Source: Eubacteriales bacterium (GTDB taxonomy: Bacteria; Bacillota; Clostridia; Oscillospirales; CAG-272). From it: a stretch of DNA of 61,796 bases. Shown piece by piece: positions 28,555-38,484 of this stretch. The position numbers and the translations under genes were made by a program. How positions within the stretch are numbered: the first letter of the stretch is position 1; the number at the start of each line of letters is the position of its first letter. The stretch lies in assembly GCA_050309735.1 (NCBI GenBank), contig JBNRMS010000011.1, positions 1 to 61,796 on the forward strand, written 5' to 3'. The notes beneath the pieces were generated by a model. The model was not told the DNA's origin. It saw only the letters and a program-made list of their open reading frames with translations, and did no database searches.

Positions 28555-28608
28555 CTTTTATAAACTCCTTTGCACTTAGCAAATATATTATAATAATTAA
28601 GTTATTGA

Positions 28609-29955
28609 TTACTTGCCCGCTACGCTTATCGACCTTACGAGCAGCGCCGGAGAAGCAAAGACGGTGTACCCGCTCGGGATTCCGTACTCCAGTTTATCCC
28701 CGATGTGGGTAACGCTCATAAGGAGCTTGTAGAAATTTCCGGCTATTGTGAATGTTTTTACCGGTCTTCCCTTCTTGCCGTCCTCTATCAAAAATCCGGC
28801 ACCTTCAATTGAAAAATCCCCGGTTGTATCGTTTGCTCCGGCGTGAAGTCCTTTCAGCTCGGTGACATAAAGTCCGTTTCCCATTATCGAGAAAAGTTGC
28901 TCAAGGCTGTTCTCGCCCGGCTCGATGGCGAAGCGATAGGGACGAATGCCTACCATGTCGGCATAACTGCCCTTGCTGGCATTTCCGGTGCTTTTGACAC
29001 CCGCCTTCTTAGCATTGGTAATGTCATAGAGAAGGGTTTTAAGCACTCCATTCTCGATTATTTTTTTGGGATATACCGCAACTCCTTCCGCATCAAAGGT
29101 GGTCTGAACTGGACAATTCGGATCGAAGGGATCATCTGTTATCGTTACGGGCGGGGCGGCGATCTGTGTATTCTCCTTGCCCGCGAGCAGCGACAGCCCC
29201 AGCCGCGCCGCCTTTCCCGAGAAAACCGAGGAGAAGACCGAAAGGATGCTCCGCATCTGCCTCCCATCGATGACTATATCATACACGCCGCTCTCAATTG
29301 TTTGAGCCCCAATCTTGCTCCGCGCGGCTTCGACCGCTTTCTCCGAAATCGGGAGCAGGCAATCGCGCTCATGCCCGAGTGCAAATTCAAAGGCTTCGGA
29401 CGCCTCTCCGCCCTCTTTTACCACCGCTCTGACATAACCGCCGGTCATCCCGGCGCGATTGTGAAGATCGAGCAGATACGAATTATATATGTGCGTCTCG
29501 GTTTCAAAAGCGAAAACCTGAGTTTGCGTTCCGTCGGTCACAAAAGCGCTTTTCTCATATGTGTTGCGCTGCAGCGCGAGCGCACTCTCTTTGAGCAGCG
29601 CCGCCTCGGGAATTTTGAGGGGAGGCGATGTTTTCTCCCCGTAACTTGGCGAGCCGCCAAAAATCACAGGCTCGTCGTCGCTCTCGATATGCTTTGCATT
29701 GTTAACGGCGCGGCCGACAAGTTCAACCATCTCTCCCGGCTCCATCAGTTCGGTTGAGGCATAACCCATCCTGCCTTCCCAAATGCAGCGGAAGCAAATT
29801 CCCCCCGAGAACCCCGACGAAAACCCGCTGACTTCATCTTTAAGAGTCTCTGCGCTCACATCGCGAACCGATTTATAATATATTTCATATTCGTCAATCC
29901 CTGCAGCCTTTGCGGCCTCTATAAGAGCCTCTTTTAGCTTTTCAAAATTAATCAT
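28609..29955 (-). CDS. pmbA: TldE/PmbA family protein
   Basis: FDAEG, STGNA, TGDFS, TIAGNF; no HExxH; coupled to tldD. Confidence 0.85.
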   Translation of the reverse strand: MINFEKLKEALIEAAKAAGIDEYEIYYKSVRDVSAETLKDEVSGFSSGFSGGICFRCIWEGRMGYASTELMEPGEMVELVGRAVNNAKHIESDDEPVIFGGSPSYGEKTSPPLKIPEAALLKESALALQRNTYEKSAFVTDGTQTQVFAFETETHIYNSYLLDLHNRAGMTGGYVRAVVKEGGEASEAFEFALGHERDCLLPISEKAVEAARSKIGAQTIESGVYDIVIDGRQMRSILSVFSSVFSGKAARLGLSLLAGKENTQIAAPPVTITDDPFDPNCPVQTTFDAEGVAVYPKKIIENGVLKTLLYDITNAKKAGVKSTGNASKGSYADMVGIRPYRFAIEPGENSLEQLFSIMGNGLYVTELKGLHAGANDTTGDFSIEGAGFLIEDGKKGRPVKTFTIAGNFYKLLMSVTHIGDKLEYGIPSGYTVFASPALLVRSISVAGK

Positions 29956-31337
29956 TATCTGCCTCCAACCGTTATGCTCGACACGCGTATGAGTGGCTGG
30001 CCGACCTCTGTCGGCACCGAGCCGCTGACACTACCGCACATTCCCTGCCCGGTCGCAAGGTTTTGACCAACCATATCAATGTCGCGCAGTATCTCCGAAC
30101 CCGTGCCGATAAGCGATGCCCCGCGCACCGCCTCGCAAATTTTCCCACCTCTTATCATGTACCCTTCGCGCACCGAAAAATTGAATGCGCCGGTGAGCGG
30201 ATTTACCGAACCACCCCCCATTTCCTTGGCATATAGACCGTATTCTATTGAGGAGATAATGTCGGAGTTTTTGTCAGGACCGTTTAGAATAAAAGTGTTT
30301 GTCATGCGAGAGGTCGGCTCATATCTGTAGTCCTGCCGGCGGCTGCTGCCGGTCATAGGCATACCCATTCTGCGCGAACCGAGCCGGTCGATTAGATATC
30401 CCTTGAGAATTCCATTCTCTATCAATACATTGCGGCGCGTTGGGTTTCCCTCGTCGTCAATATTGAGCGATCCCCAGGCTCCGGGTATTGTTCCGTCATC
30501 AACTGCGGTAATCTTTGGGTTTGCTACAAGCTCTCCAAGCTTCCCCGCCATCTGTGAGGCGCCTATCGCCACCGATGTGGCTTCGAGTGAATGTCCGCAG
30601 GCCTCGTGAAAAATAACGCCGCCAAATCCGTTCTCAATTGCCACCGTCATCTTGCCGGCTCGACAGTAATCTGCCTTCAGGTTTGTTATGGCCTGTGCCG
30701 CGGCGCGGCGCCCGATCTCCTCGGGCAGATGCTCCTCAAAAAATTCAAGACCCATAGCAGCTCCGGGCGAATAAGAACCAGATTGATTCTCTCCCCCGCC
30801 CGATGCTGTCGCACTGATGAACATTCTCGTCCGCACGCAGCGGTCGGTGGTATAGAGCCCTTCGCTGTTGGCAATGAGTGTGTTGCGGTCGGATCCTGTT
30901 AGCGAACCTTGAACCTGAATTATTCTGTTATCATAATCCTTTGCCGCTTCGCAGCCGGCGCGTAGCAGGTCTGCTTTAAATTTTGTCAATGTATCCGACT
31001 GCACAATCCTTGAGCGATGCACATTCGGAAAAATCTGCTCGACTAAAACAATCGAGCGCCCTTGAGCGGATATGTCTCCCATGGCGGCGGCAACAGCCCC
31101 GGCGCAGTTCATCAGACCTTCCTCGCTTATGTCGGTTGTCGATGCGAATACCGTTCTGATGCCAAGAAAAGCACGGATTCCCGCACCCGAGACTGTGTTG
31201 TCGCGCAGCGAATCAATCTTTGAATCAAGATAGCCGACCGACGACGAATTTGTTCTCTCGGCGAACACCTCAGCAAAGTCGGCTCCGGTCGACATGGCCC
31301 GCTCAAGAACCTTCTCAAGCAAATGTCTGTTTAACAT
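29955..31337 (-). CDS. tldD: TldD metalloprotease
   Basis: FHEACGHSLE, DDEG, PTSRMTNT, GMCGS.SG.VP. Confidence 0.92.
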   Translation of the reverse strand: MLNRHLLEKVLERAMSTGADFAEVFAERTNSSSVGYLDSKIDSLRDNTVSGAGIRAFLGIRTVFASTTDISEEGLMNCAGAVAAAMGDISAQGRSIVLVEQIFPNVHRSRIVQSDTLTKFKADLLRAGCEAAKDYDNRIIQVQGSLTGSDRNTLIANSEGLYTTDRCVRTRMFISATASGGGENQSGSYSPGAAMGLEFFEEHLPEEIGRRAAAQAITNLKADYCRAGKMTVAIENGFGGVIFHEACGHSLEATSVAIGASQMAGKLGELVANPKITAVDDGTIPGAWGSLNIDDEGNPTRRNVLIENGILKGYLIDRLGSRRMGMPMTGSSRRQDYRYEPTSRMTNTFILNGPDKNSDIISSIEYGLYAKEMGGGSVNPLTGAFNFSVREGYMIRGGKICEAVRGASLIGTGSEILRDIDMVGQNLATGQGMCGSVSGSVPTEVGQPLIRVSSITVGGR

Positions 31338-31340
31338 TAT

Positions 31341-31940
31341 CTATATAGTCCTTTCCGCGCTTCTGTTTATGTATGCTACAGACCACTCTCGACCTTTATA
31401 TCTAAGCTTTGTGACAGAGCAATAATCTATCTTGAATTTTGAAAGATAGAGCGATGTGCCGAGCACATGAGAGAGTATCGCGTGTATCACTCCGCCGTGG
31501 GTCACCACCGCAATTTTTTTGGAAACCTTATCTTCCTCAAGCTCTCTCAGAAAGGAGGCTGTGCGCGTGAGCATCGACGCCACACTCTCGCCGCCAACCG
31601 CCGAATAGTCGAGCATTTTCTTGTTTTTCAAATATTTCTCGCCGTGTATTTTATACGCCTCATCAACACTCAGACCAGCCAGAACGCTATTATTAATCTC
31701 GCGAATCCGCTCGTCATACTCAATGCTCGCGCCGGAGCCGAATAATATCTCGGCGGTCTGCCTTGTTCGGTAGATATCGCTGCTTATTATTCTGTCAAAT
31801 TTTGTACCCTCAATAAGGGCTGCCAGCGCTTCTGCCTGCGCTATTCCGGTATCGGTCAGCTTAACATCTCCCCATCCCTGATGGAATCCTCTTAGGTTTC
31901 CTTCTGTCTGTCCGTGTCTCATCAAATATACTTGTAACAT
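31341..31940 (-). CDS. Histidine phosphatase (phosphoglycerate mutase family)
   Basis: RHGQT, SSD..R..QT, GGES, VTHGG. Confidence 0.9.
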   Translation of the reverse strand: MLQVYLMRHGQTEGNLRGFHQGWGDVKLTDTGIAQAEALAALIEGTKFDRIISSDIYRTRQTAEILFGSGASIEYDERIREINNSVLAGLSVDEAYKIHGEKYLKNKKMLDYSAVGGESVASMLTRTASFLRELEEDKVSKKIAVVTHGGVIHAILSHVLGTSLYLSKFKIDYCSVTKLRYKGREWSVAYINRSAERTI

Positions 31941-31948
31941 TATATTAT

Positions 31949-32029
31949 TCTCCGCGCCGCCTTGTGCGGCTTAATAAATTTTGAATTATTGCACCGGCAA
32001 GCGGCGTAACGGCTAGCCGGCAAAATGGG
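31949..32029 (-). repeat. Two-hairpin leader element, copy B (upstream of the histidine phosphatase)
   Basis: CCCATTTTGCCGGC..GCCGGTGC..TATTAA-GCCGC-ACAAG-GCGGC..GGAGA; homologous to 33205-33271. Confidence 0.7.
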
Positions 32030-32058
32030 TCAGCTCACGCTTTTTTAAAGCTTGCGCT

Positions 32059-33195
32059 TTAACTCTCAACCATTTCATCAAGTATTATCCGGTATCTCGA
32101 GTAAAATTCCTCATATTCCCCGGCATCGAGCGCATCTCTTATTTTCTGCATCAGTTCATTATAAAAATAAAGATTGTGAAGGACAGAGAGCCTTACACCG
32201 AGCGATTCCTTGGCCTTTATCAAGTGCCGGACATACGCGCGGCTGAATCCCCGGCAGGCCGGGCAGCCGCAATCGGCATCAAAGGGGCGCGGGTCGCGCG
32301 TGTATTTTTGATTTAGAATATTTATTTTGCCCTTCCAGGTGAAAAGACTCCCATGCCGTGCATTGCGGCTTGGCATAACGCAGTCGAAGAAATCGACGCC
32401 GCGATATACTGCCTCAAGTATATTGACCGGCGTGCCTACCCCCATCAGATACCTCGGCTTATCGGCGGGCATATGCGGCTCAACCTCATCAATTATCGAA
32501 TACATCACCTCGGCCTCCTCGCCAACCGCAAGACCGCCAATGGCGTATCCCGGCAGGCCAAGCTCTGCTATTTCTTTCATGTGAGAGACCCGCAAATCGG
32601 GATACGTTCCACCCTGATTTATTCCAAAGAGGAGCTGATTTTTATTTATAGTATCGGGCAGTGCGTTAAGGCGCTCAAGCTCAGACTTGCAGCGCAAGAG
32701 CCACCTTGTGGTGCGCGCGACAGAGGCTTTTACATAGTCATAGGGTGCCGGGTTTTCTACGCACTCGTCAAAGGCCATTGCAATTGTCGAGGCAAGGTTT
32801 GACTGAATCCTCATGCTCTCCTCAGGCCCCATGAAAATTCGCTTGCCGTCTATATGCGAGGCAAAATGGACGCCCTCCTCGGTGATCTTACGCAGCGGCG
32901 CGAGCGAGAAGACCTGAAACCCTCCGCTGTCGGTGAGGATAGGCCCCGGCCAATTCATAAATTTTCCAAGTCCGCCCATGTCGCGTATCACCTGGTCACC
33001 CGGACGAATATGCAGGTGGTAGGTATTTGAGAGTTCGACCTGGCAATTAATTTCGAGCAGGTCAAACGACGACACCCCGCCCTTGATAGCTCCGCAGGTT
33101 CCAACATTCATGAAAACCGGCGTCTCTATATCGCCGTGAACCGTGCGGAATATACCGCGCCGAGCCCTCGCTTCTCTTTTTAGAATTTCAAACAT
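32059..33195 (-). CDS. tgt: Queuine tRNA-ribosyltransferase
   Basis: TPVFM.VGT, NTYHL, TDSGGFQVFSL, PRYLMGVG, FDCV.P.RNARHG, CxCxxC zinc site. Confidence 0.97.
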   Translation of the reverse strand: MFEILKREARARRGIFRTVHGDIETPVFMNVGTCGAIKGGVSSFDLLEINCQVELSNTYHLHIRPGDQVIRDMGGLGKFMNWPGPILTDSGGFQVFSLAPLRKITEEGVHFASHIDGKRIFMGPEESMRIQSNLASTIAMAFDECVENPAPYDYVKASVARTTRWLLRCKSELERLNALPDTINKNQLLFGINQGGTYPDLRVSHMKEIAELGLPGYAIGGLAVGEEAEVMYSIIDEVEPHMPADKPRYLMGVGTPVNILEAVYRGVDFFDCVMPSRNARHGSLFTWKGKINILNQKYTRDPRPFDADCGCPACRGFSRAYVRHLIKAKESLGVRLSVLHNLYFYNELMQKIRDALDAGEYEEFYSRYRIILDEMVES

Positions 33196-33204
33196 TAATA
33201 ATTA

Positions 33205-33271
33205 TCTCCATGCCGCTTTTGCGGTTTTAATAGCTTTTGTATTTTCGCGCCGGCTCTGCCGGCAAAATGGG
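33205..33271 (-). repeat. Two-hairpin leader element, copy A (upstream of tgt)
   Basis: CCCATTTTGCCGGC-AGA-GCCGGCGC..TATTAAA-ACCGC-AAAA-GCGGC..GGAGA. Confidence 0.7.
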
Positions 33272-33351
33272 GAGTGAGCCATTTATCAAAACTCTCGCGT
33301 GATGCGGTAATATCTTGAATTTATTAAAGCCCCCGCGCCAAAAACTTGGGT

Positions 33352-35385
33352 TTATGTTCGCTTGAACTGGCGGTCAAGCGAGGCCTTTGAGATTTCCATT
33401 GCAACAGGTCTGCCGTGAGGACAGAAGGTGATGTCGGGAATCTCGATAAGCTTGTCTATCAGCCATTTTATATGCTCCGGGCCATATTCTCGGCCGGCTT
33501 TAATAGCCGCCTTGCAGGAGGCCTGGTAGAGTGCCTTCTCAAAAATCATATCGCGTGACAATTCGGCGCTGCCCGTTCCGTTTATAAGTCTGTCGGCGAT
33601 AGTCATAAAAACATCCCCAACTGCCGACAGTTCTATCCCCTCGGGAAGCGCCGAGACACGAACAGTGTGTCTCTCGGTCTCAAAAAGGAAACCGATTTTA
33701 TGAATCTCGTCTCGGTACTCCTCAAGTATCAGCACCTCGTCGCTTGTCAGCATAAACTCAATCGGCAAGAGCAGTACCTGAGAATTTGTATCTTCTGATT
33801 TTGCTCCGGCTTTGAGCCGCTCGAATATAATCCTCTCGTGCGCCGCGTGCTTGTCGACCAGGAGCAATTTTTCGCAAAAATCTACGATTATATAGGAATT
33901 GAAGGCCTCGCCGATTATTCGGTAGGGCAGAAGGCTCGAACTTGCCGGTATTTCGATGTCTTTATCTGCCGCCCGCTCGACACCAATATCATTTATCTGC
34001 GGCTCGGGTGCATTTAAATTGTCAGCATCGGGCGGCGGCTCCGAATCCCTGAATTCTTCAATATAGCTCTTGGCAGTCAGGCGCTCGGGCTCTGTATTGT
34101 TTGTTGGGTGAGTTGCTGGCTTCGAGGGAACAGCCGGTTGGGCTTGAGGCGGAGACACCGATTGCGCTGCTGTTTGCGGCGGGGGCTGCGGCTCAAATTG
34201 GGTGGGTGGCTCGTGTGTTTTGTATTGGTTTCCGGACATCGGTCTTGCGTTGGGCTGTGTGGCAATCGTATTTTGCCTCACCTGTGACACGCCGCCCTCG
34301 CGCACAGACTGCACGGGGTTTGAGGGCATAAAGATTTTTTTGTATTCCTCATAAGTCATCCGGCCAAGACTGCCTGGGTCTATATCCGGACGGGTTATAT
34401 TGCTCTCAACGGCGTTTTTTGTTCCGTAATAGACTGCCTCAAAAACCGGCTTTTCGTTAGAGAACTTAACCTCAAGTTTTGCGGGGTGAACATTTACGTC
34501 GACCGATTTTGGGTTGATATCTATATTAAGAACACACACCGGAAATTTGTCTTGAGGTATATACGAGCAATAGGCTTGTTCGAGCGCTGCCGTCGCGGTT
34601 TTGCTGCGAATATATCTCTTATTGATAAAGAAGTTTTGCCCCGTGCGATTTGCCCTGATATTGTCAGGGCGGCCGGTATAGCCGGTTATTTTAATGCCTT
34701 CATAATCATAGTCAACCTCAAGAAGCCCTTTGGCATAATCTCTGCCGTAAACCGCGTATATTGCGCTGAGCAGCTTTCCGTCTCCGACGGTGTCAAGCTT
34801 CTCAGTACCGTCTGCTATAAATCGGAAGGCGATTTCGGGATGTGAAAGCGCGATTTTTTCAACGACAGCAGATACCGCCGCCGTCTCTGTTACGTCTCTT
34901 TTTAGAAATTTGCGTCTTGCCGGAACATTGAAAAAGAGATTCTCAACAATTACCGTCGTTCCCTCGGAGCATCCCCGCTCCACAACTCCGAGAATTTCGC
35001 CCCCCGAAACTTCAATCGAGGCTCCTACACTCTCTTTTGAAGGCCGCGAGATAATCCGCAAATCCGAAACCGCCGCAACGGCTGCAAGCGCCTCGCCCCG
35101 GAAACCGAGGGTCATAATACCGTCAAGATCCCCTGCATCCTTTATTTTGCTTGTCGCGTGCCGCCGAATGGCGGTCGGAAGATCATCGCGTTCAATGCCG
35201 CTGCCATTATCGGTTACACGCATAAAAAGAACACCGCCGTTTTGTATTTCAACGGTGATCCTGTCGGCGCCCGAGTCTATTGAGTTTTCTAAGAGTTCCT
35301 TGATTACCGATGCAGGCCTGTCAACCACCTCGCCGGCGGCGATAAGATTGGCGACAGAGAAGGACAATACATTTATTTTTCCCAC
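33352..35385 (-). CDS. mutL: DNA mismatch repair protein MutL
   Basis: IAAGEVV.RP, GFRGEAL, DVNVHPAK, DKHAAHER, SCK, CPHGRP. Confidence 0.97.
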   Translation of the reverse strand: MGKINVLSFSVANLIAAGEVVDRPASVIKELLENSIDSGADRITVEIQNGGVLFMRVTDNGSGIERDDLPTAIRRHATSKIKDAGDLDGIMTLGFRGEALAAVAAVSDLRIISRPSKESVGASIEVSGGEILGVVERGCSEGTTVIVENLFFNVPARRKFLKRDVTETAAVSAVVEKIALSHPEIAFRFIADGTEKLDTVGDGKLLSAIYAVYGRDYAKGLLEVDYDYEGIKITGYTGRPDNIRANRTGQNFFINKRYIRSKTATAALEQAYCSYIPQDKFPVCVLNIDINPKSVDVNVHPAKLEVKFSNEKPVFEAVYYGTKNAVESNITRPDIDPGSLGRMTYEEYKKIFMPSNPVQSVREGGVSQVRQNTIATQPNARPMSGNQYKTHEPPTQFEPQPPPQTAAQSVSPPQAQPAVPSKPATHPTNNTEPERLTAKSYIEEFRDSEPPPDADNLNAPEPQINDIGVERAADKDIEIPASSSLLPYRIIGEAFNSYIIVDFCEKLLLVDKHAAHERIIFERLKAGAKSEDTNSQVLLLPIEFMLTSDEVLILEEYRDEIHKIGFLFETERHTVRVSALPEGIELSAVGDVFMTIADRLINGTGSAELSRDMIFEKALYQASCKAAIKAGREYGPEHIKWLIDKLIEIPDITFCPHGRPVAMEISKASLDRQFKRT

Positions 35386-35443
35386 ACTCGGGCTCCTCCT
35401 TTCAATAATATCTTATGTTTTGCGATTTGGCGTGTCAGCCTCC

Positions 35444-38044
35444 TCACTTCTTCAATCTTTTTTGAAGATTAAACAAAAAAGTCATCGCCTCATAGGGCGA
35501 GAGTGTGTTTATATCTACCGCGCAGAGTTCATCAATTACCTGTTGGTTTATCATGTCATCGATGCTTATAAGCGTGTCATCAATCTCCTCTGCGTCTTTT
35601 TCAGTCGACACTGCTGCCCGCACCGCGGCCGAAGCCGCCTCGACACCCGACAGCACTTCCTTTGCGCGCTTTATCACCTCACCGGGCAGCCCTGCAAGGC
35701 AGGCAACCTCGATGCCGTAGCTGTCGTCTGTCGAGCCGCGTATAATTTTGCGGAGGAATGTGATGCTGTTGCCCCTCTTCTTAGCGGCAATATTGTAATT
35801 GACAACCCCCTCGCACTCATCCTCAAGCGAGGTCAACTCATGGTAATGAGTTGCGAAAAGTGTTTTTGCACCTATCTTTTTGCCCGCGGTGTATTCGGCT
35901 ATCGCCCGTGCAATGCTCATTCCGTCAAAGGTTGAAGTTCCCCTCCCCACCTCATCGTAAATAATAAGACTGCGCCGCGTGGCGTTTTTCAGAATATATG
36001 CCACCTCGTTCATCTCAAGCATGAAGGTCGACTGACCCGAGGCGAGGTCGTCTGACGCGCCAACGCGGGTGAACACCTTGTCGACAATGCCGATGCTCGC
36101 CTCGGACGCAGGAACGAACGAGCCGATCTGAGCCATGATGGTTATCAGCGCAACCTGGCGCATATATGTAGACTTTCCGGCCATGTTAGGACCGGTGATG
36201 AGCATGAGGCGCCGGTCGGTTGTATTAAGCTCGGCGTCGTTCGGAACAAAATATGTATCCTTCACAAACTGCTCAACAACCGGGTGTCGGCCGTCTTTGA
36301 TAATTATCGTGTCAGAATTATTAACCTCGGGGCGGACATATCTGTTTTTCGAGGCTGTCGTGGCAAGGCTTAGATAGGCGTCAAGCGTTGCAAGATTTGC
36401 CGCAGTTTTCTGCACTCTTGCGCTGTTCTCTGCCACAAATGCACGGACATTCTGGAAGAGTTCGTACTCAAGAGCAGTAAGCTTATCCTTTGCGCCGAGG
36501 ATTGTTGCCTCCATGTCTTTTAGCTCCTCGGTTATATATCTCTCGCAGTTTGAGAGGGTTTGCTTGCGGATATATCTTTCGGGAACCTGTGATATTTGCG
36601 ATTTCGTCACTTCTATGTAATACCCAAAAACTCTGTTTTGTCCGATTTTCAGGTTTTTTATGCCGGTGCTCTCGCGCTCTGCCTCGGCAATTTTGACAAT
36701 CCAGTCGTCGCCGTCATTCTTGACCCCGCGCAAATAATCTACATCTCTATTAAAGCCATCCTTAATCACCCCCCCCTCGCGAACCGAAAAGGGCGGGGTT
36801 TCCACTATCGCCTTGTCAACCGCTTGGAATATGTCCTCAAGCGTGTCAAGTTCGCGGTATATCCTCGATAATTCCGCCGACCGGCAACCCTCGATAAGCC
36901 GCCGAAGGTCGGGCAGCAGTGCCGCCGTCGATGATACCGCCCTTAAGTCTCGCCCGTTTGCCGTGCCGTATACAATCTTAGTAATCAGGCGCTCAAGGTC
37001 GAGAACGCCCGCAAGAAGCGAGGACAGCTCCTCGCGCAGCATAAAATCCGAGCAGAGTTCCTCAACGGCACCAAGCCTTTTTTCAATATAGCCGGTGTTT
37101 AGCAGGGGATGCTCTATCCATTTCCGCAGCATACGCGCGCCGGGAGAGGTTCTTGTCGAATCAAGAACCCAGAGAAGCGAGCCTTTTTTCTCTTTTGCTC
37201 GCATGGTTTCGGTCAGCTCCAGGTTGCGTCGGGTATTTATATCAAGTTCAAGATACTGGCTGTCTCCGTAAATCGTCAGCTCCTTGATATAGGATATGTC
37301 AGATTTTTGAACTTCGGCGATGTAGTCAAGAAGGGCGCCAAGCGCGCTTATCATCGGGCGGTCAAGAAAATCATCCTCGCGCATTGTCTCGCCAAACTGA
37401 AGCTTTACCTGCTCGGCAGCCCTCACATATTCATAGCGCCCTGCTTGATTTTCGGTCAACATTATGTTTTTGTGACTCGCAAGGTACTCTGAAAATTTAT
37501 CAAGTGTCTCAGTGCTTACATTGAGGATTATCTCTCGGGGTGTGTAAACACCAAGTTCATTTACTATAGCAATCTCTGCTGATTTGCCGCTAAAGCCGGT
37601 GGCATATACCTCGGCTGTCGAGATATCGGCAACCGCGATACCCGCCCCGTCAGGAGTTATACAGACCGAGCAGACATAATTGTTCTGTGTTGAGTCGAGC
37701 AAATCGGTTTCAATAAGCGTTCCGGGGGTTATAACTCTCACCACATCGCGCTCTACAAGCCCTTTGGCAAGTGCCGGATCCCCGATCTGCTCGCATATAG
37801 CCACTCTATATCCCTTCTCAATCAGCCTGCCAATGTAGGCCTCGGCGCTGTGGTAGGGCACACCGCACATCGGGGCGCGTTCAGCCTCGCCGCAGTCGCG
37901 CCCGGTCAAAGTCAAATCAAGCTCGCGCGAGGCGATTATCGCGTCGTCAAAGAACATCTCGTAGAAATCTCCGAGACGGTAAAAGAGCAAATGGTCTTTA
38001 TATTGATTTTTAATGCTGAAATACTGCTCCATCATCGGAGTCAT
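35444..38044 (-). CDS. mutS: DNA mismatch repair protein MutS
   Basis: TPMMEQY, GDFYEMF, GPNMAGKS, GQSTFMLEM, DEVGRGTSTFDG. Confidence 0.98.
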   Translation of the reverse strand: MTPMMEQYFSIKNQYKDHLLFYRLGDFYEMFFDDAIIASRELDLTLTGRDCGEAERAPMCGVPYHSAEAYIGRLIEKGYRVAICEQIGDPALAKGLVERDVVRVITPGTLIETDLLDSTQNNYVCSVCITPDGAGIAVADISTAEVYATGFSGKSAEIAIVNELGVYTPREIILNVSTETLDKFSEYLASHKNIMLTENQAGRYEYVRAAEQVKLQFGETMREDDFLDRPMISALGALLDYIAEVQKSDISYIKELTIYGDSQYLELDINTRRNLELTETMRAKEKKGSLLWVLDSTRTSPGARMLRKWIEHPLLNTGYIEKRLGAVEELCSDFMLREELSSLLAGVLDLERLITKIVYGTANGRDLRAVSSTAALLPDLRRLIEGCRSAELSRIYRELDTLEDIFQAVDKAIVETPPFSVREGGVIKDGFNRDVDYLRGVKNDGDDWIVKIAEAERESTGIKNLKIGQNRVFGYYIEVTKSQISQVPERYIRKQTLSNCERYITEELKDMEATILGAKDKLTALEYELFQNVRAFVAENSARVQKTAANLATLDAYLSLATTASKNRYVRPEVNNSDTIIIKDGRHPVVEQFVKDTYFVPNDAELNTTDRRLMLITGPNMAGKSTYMRQVALITIMAQIGSFVPASEASIGIVDKVFTRVGASDDLASGQSTFMLEMNEVAYILKNATRRSLIIYDEVGRGTSTFDGMSIARAIAEYTAGKKIGAKTLFATHYHELTSLEDECEGVVNYNIAAKKRGNSITFLRKIIRGSTDDSYGIEVACLAGLPGEVIKRAKEVLSGVEAASAAVRAAVSTEKDAEEIDDTLISIDDMINQQVIDELCAVDINTLSPYEAMTFLFNLQKRLKK

Positions 38045-38068
38045 TCGACGCTACCTCCAAATAAGACT

Positions 38069-38473
38069 TTAATGCCCGTGCCCACAACCGCCACCGCAGC
38101 TTGAACAGTCATGCGCGCAGGGTCGATTTCCGGTGATGGCATATGTGATCTCGCCATTTACCTCTTCCATTAATTGATTAACAGCCTCCTGAGCCTCTAC
38201 ATAGGCGATATAAACCGGATCTGTGGTAACAAGCTTATAAAGCTCGTCGAGCCGCTCCTCGAGCGTGTCGATCACGCGAGTGTCAACATCGTCAAGCTTG
38301 CCGGCTCTCTCAATGGTTTTTTTATTGGCTGCGTATTCGGCAAGGTATCCCGAGAGTTTTTTGTTTTCTTCATACGCAGCTTTAGCAGCATCGAATTTTC
38401 TGTATAGATCGCTTTCTTTTATCGTTTTCCCGAGCAATGCGGCGGCTTCCATAATTTCCATGTTAATTACCAT
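38069..38473 (-). CDS. YlbF/YmcA (Ric) family regulator
   Basis: Helical protein with C-terminal C..DCSSC..C; conserved position between miaB and mutS. Confidence 0.8.
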   Translation of the reverse strand: MVINMEIMEAAALLGKTIKESDLYRKFDAAKAAYEENKKLSGYLAEYAANKKTIERAGKLDDVDTRVIDTLEERLDELYKLVTTDPVYIAYVEAQEAVNQLMEEVNGEITYAITGNRPCAHDCSSCGGGCGHGH

Positions 38474-38484
38474 TCTTTCATTTA

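Noticed and set aside
28555-28608. T-box riboswitch upstream of glyQS
   Set aside because: The gap is only about 54 bp and lacks the T-box motif
28843-29757. 304 aa plus-strand ORF
   Set aside because: Fully antisense to pmbA; no recognisable domain
34790-35935. 381 aa plus-strand ORF
   Set aside because: Antisense to mutL and mutS; composition typical of shadow ORFs
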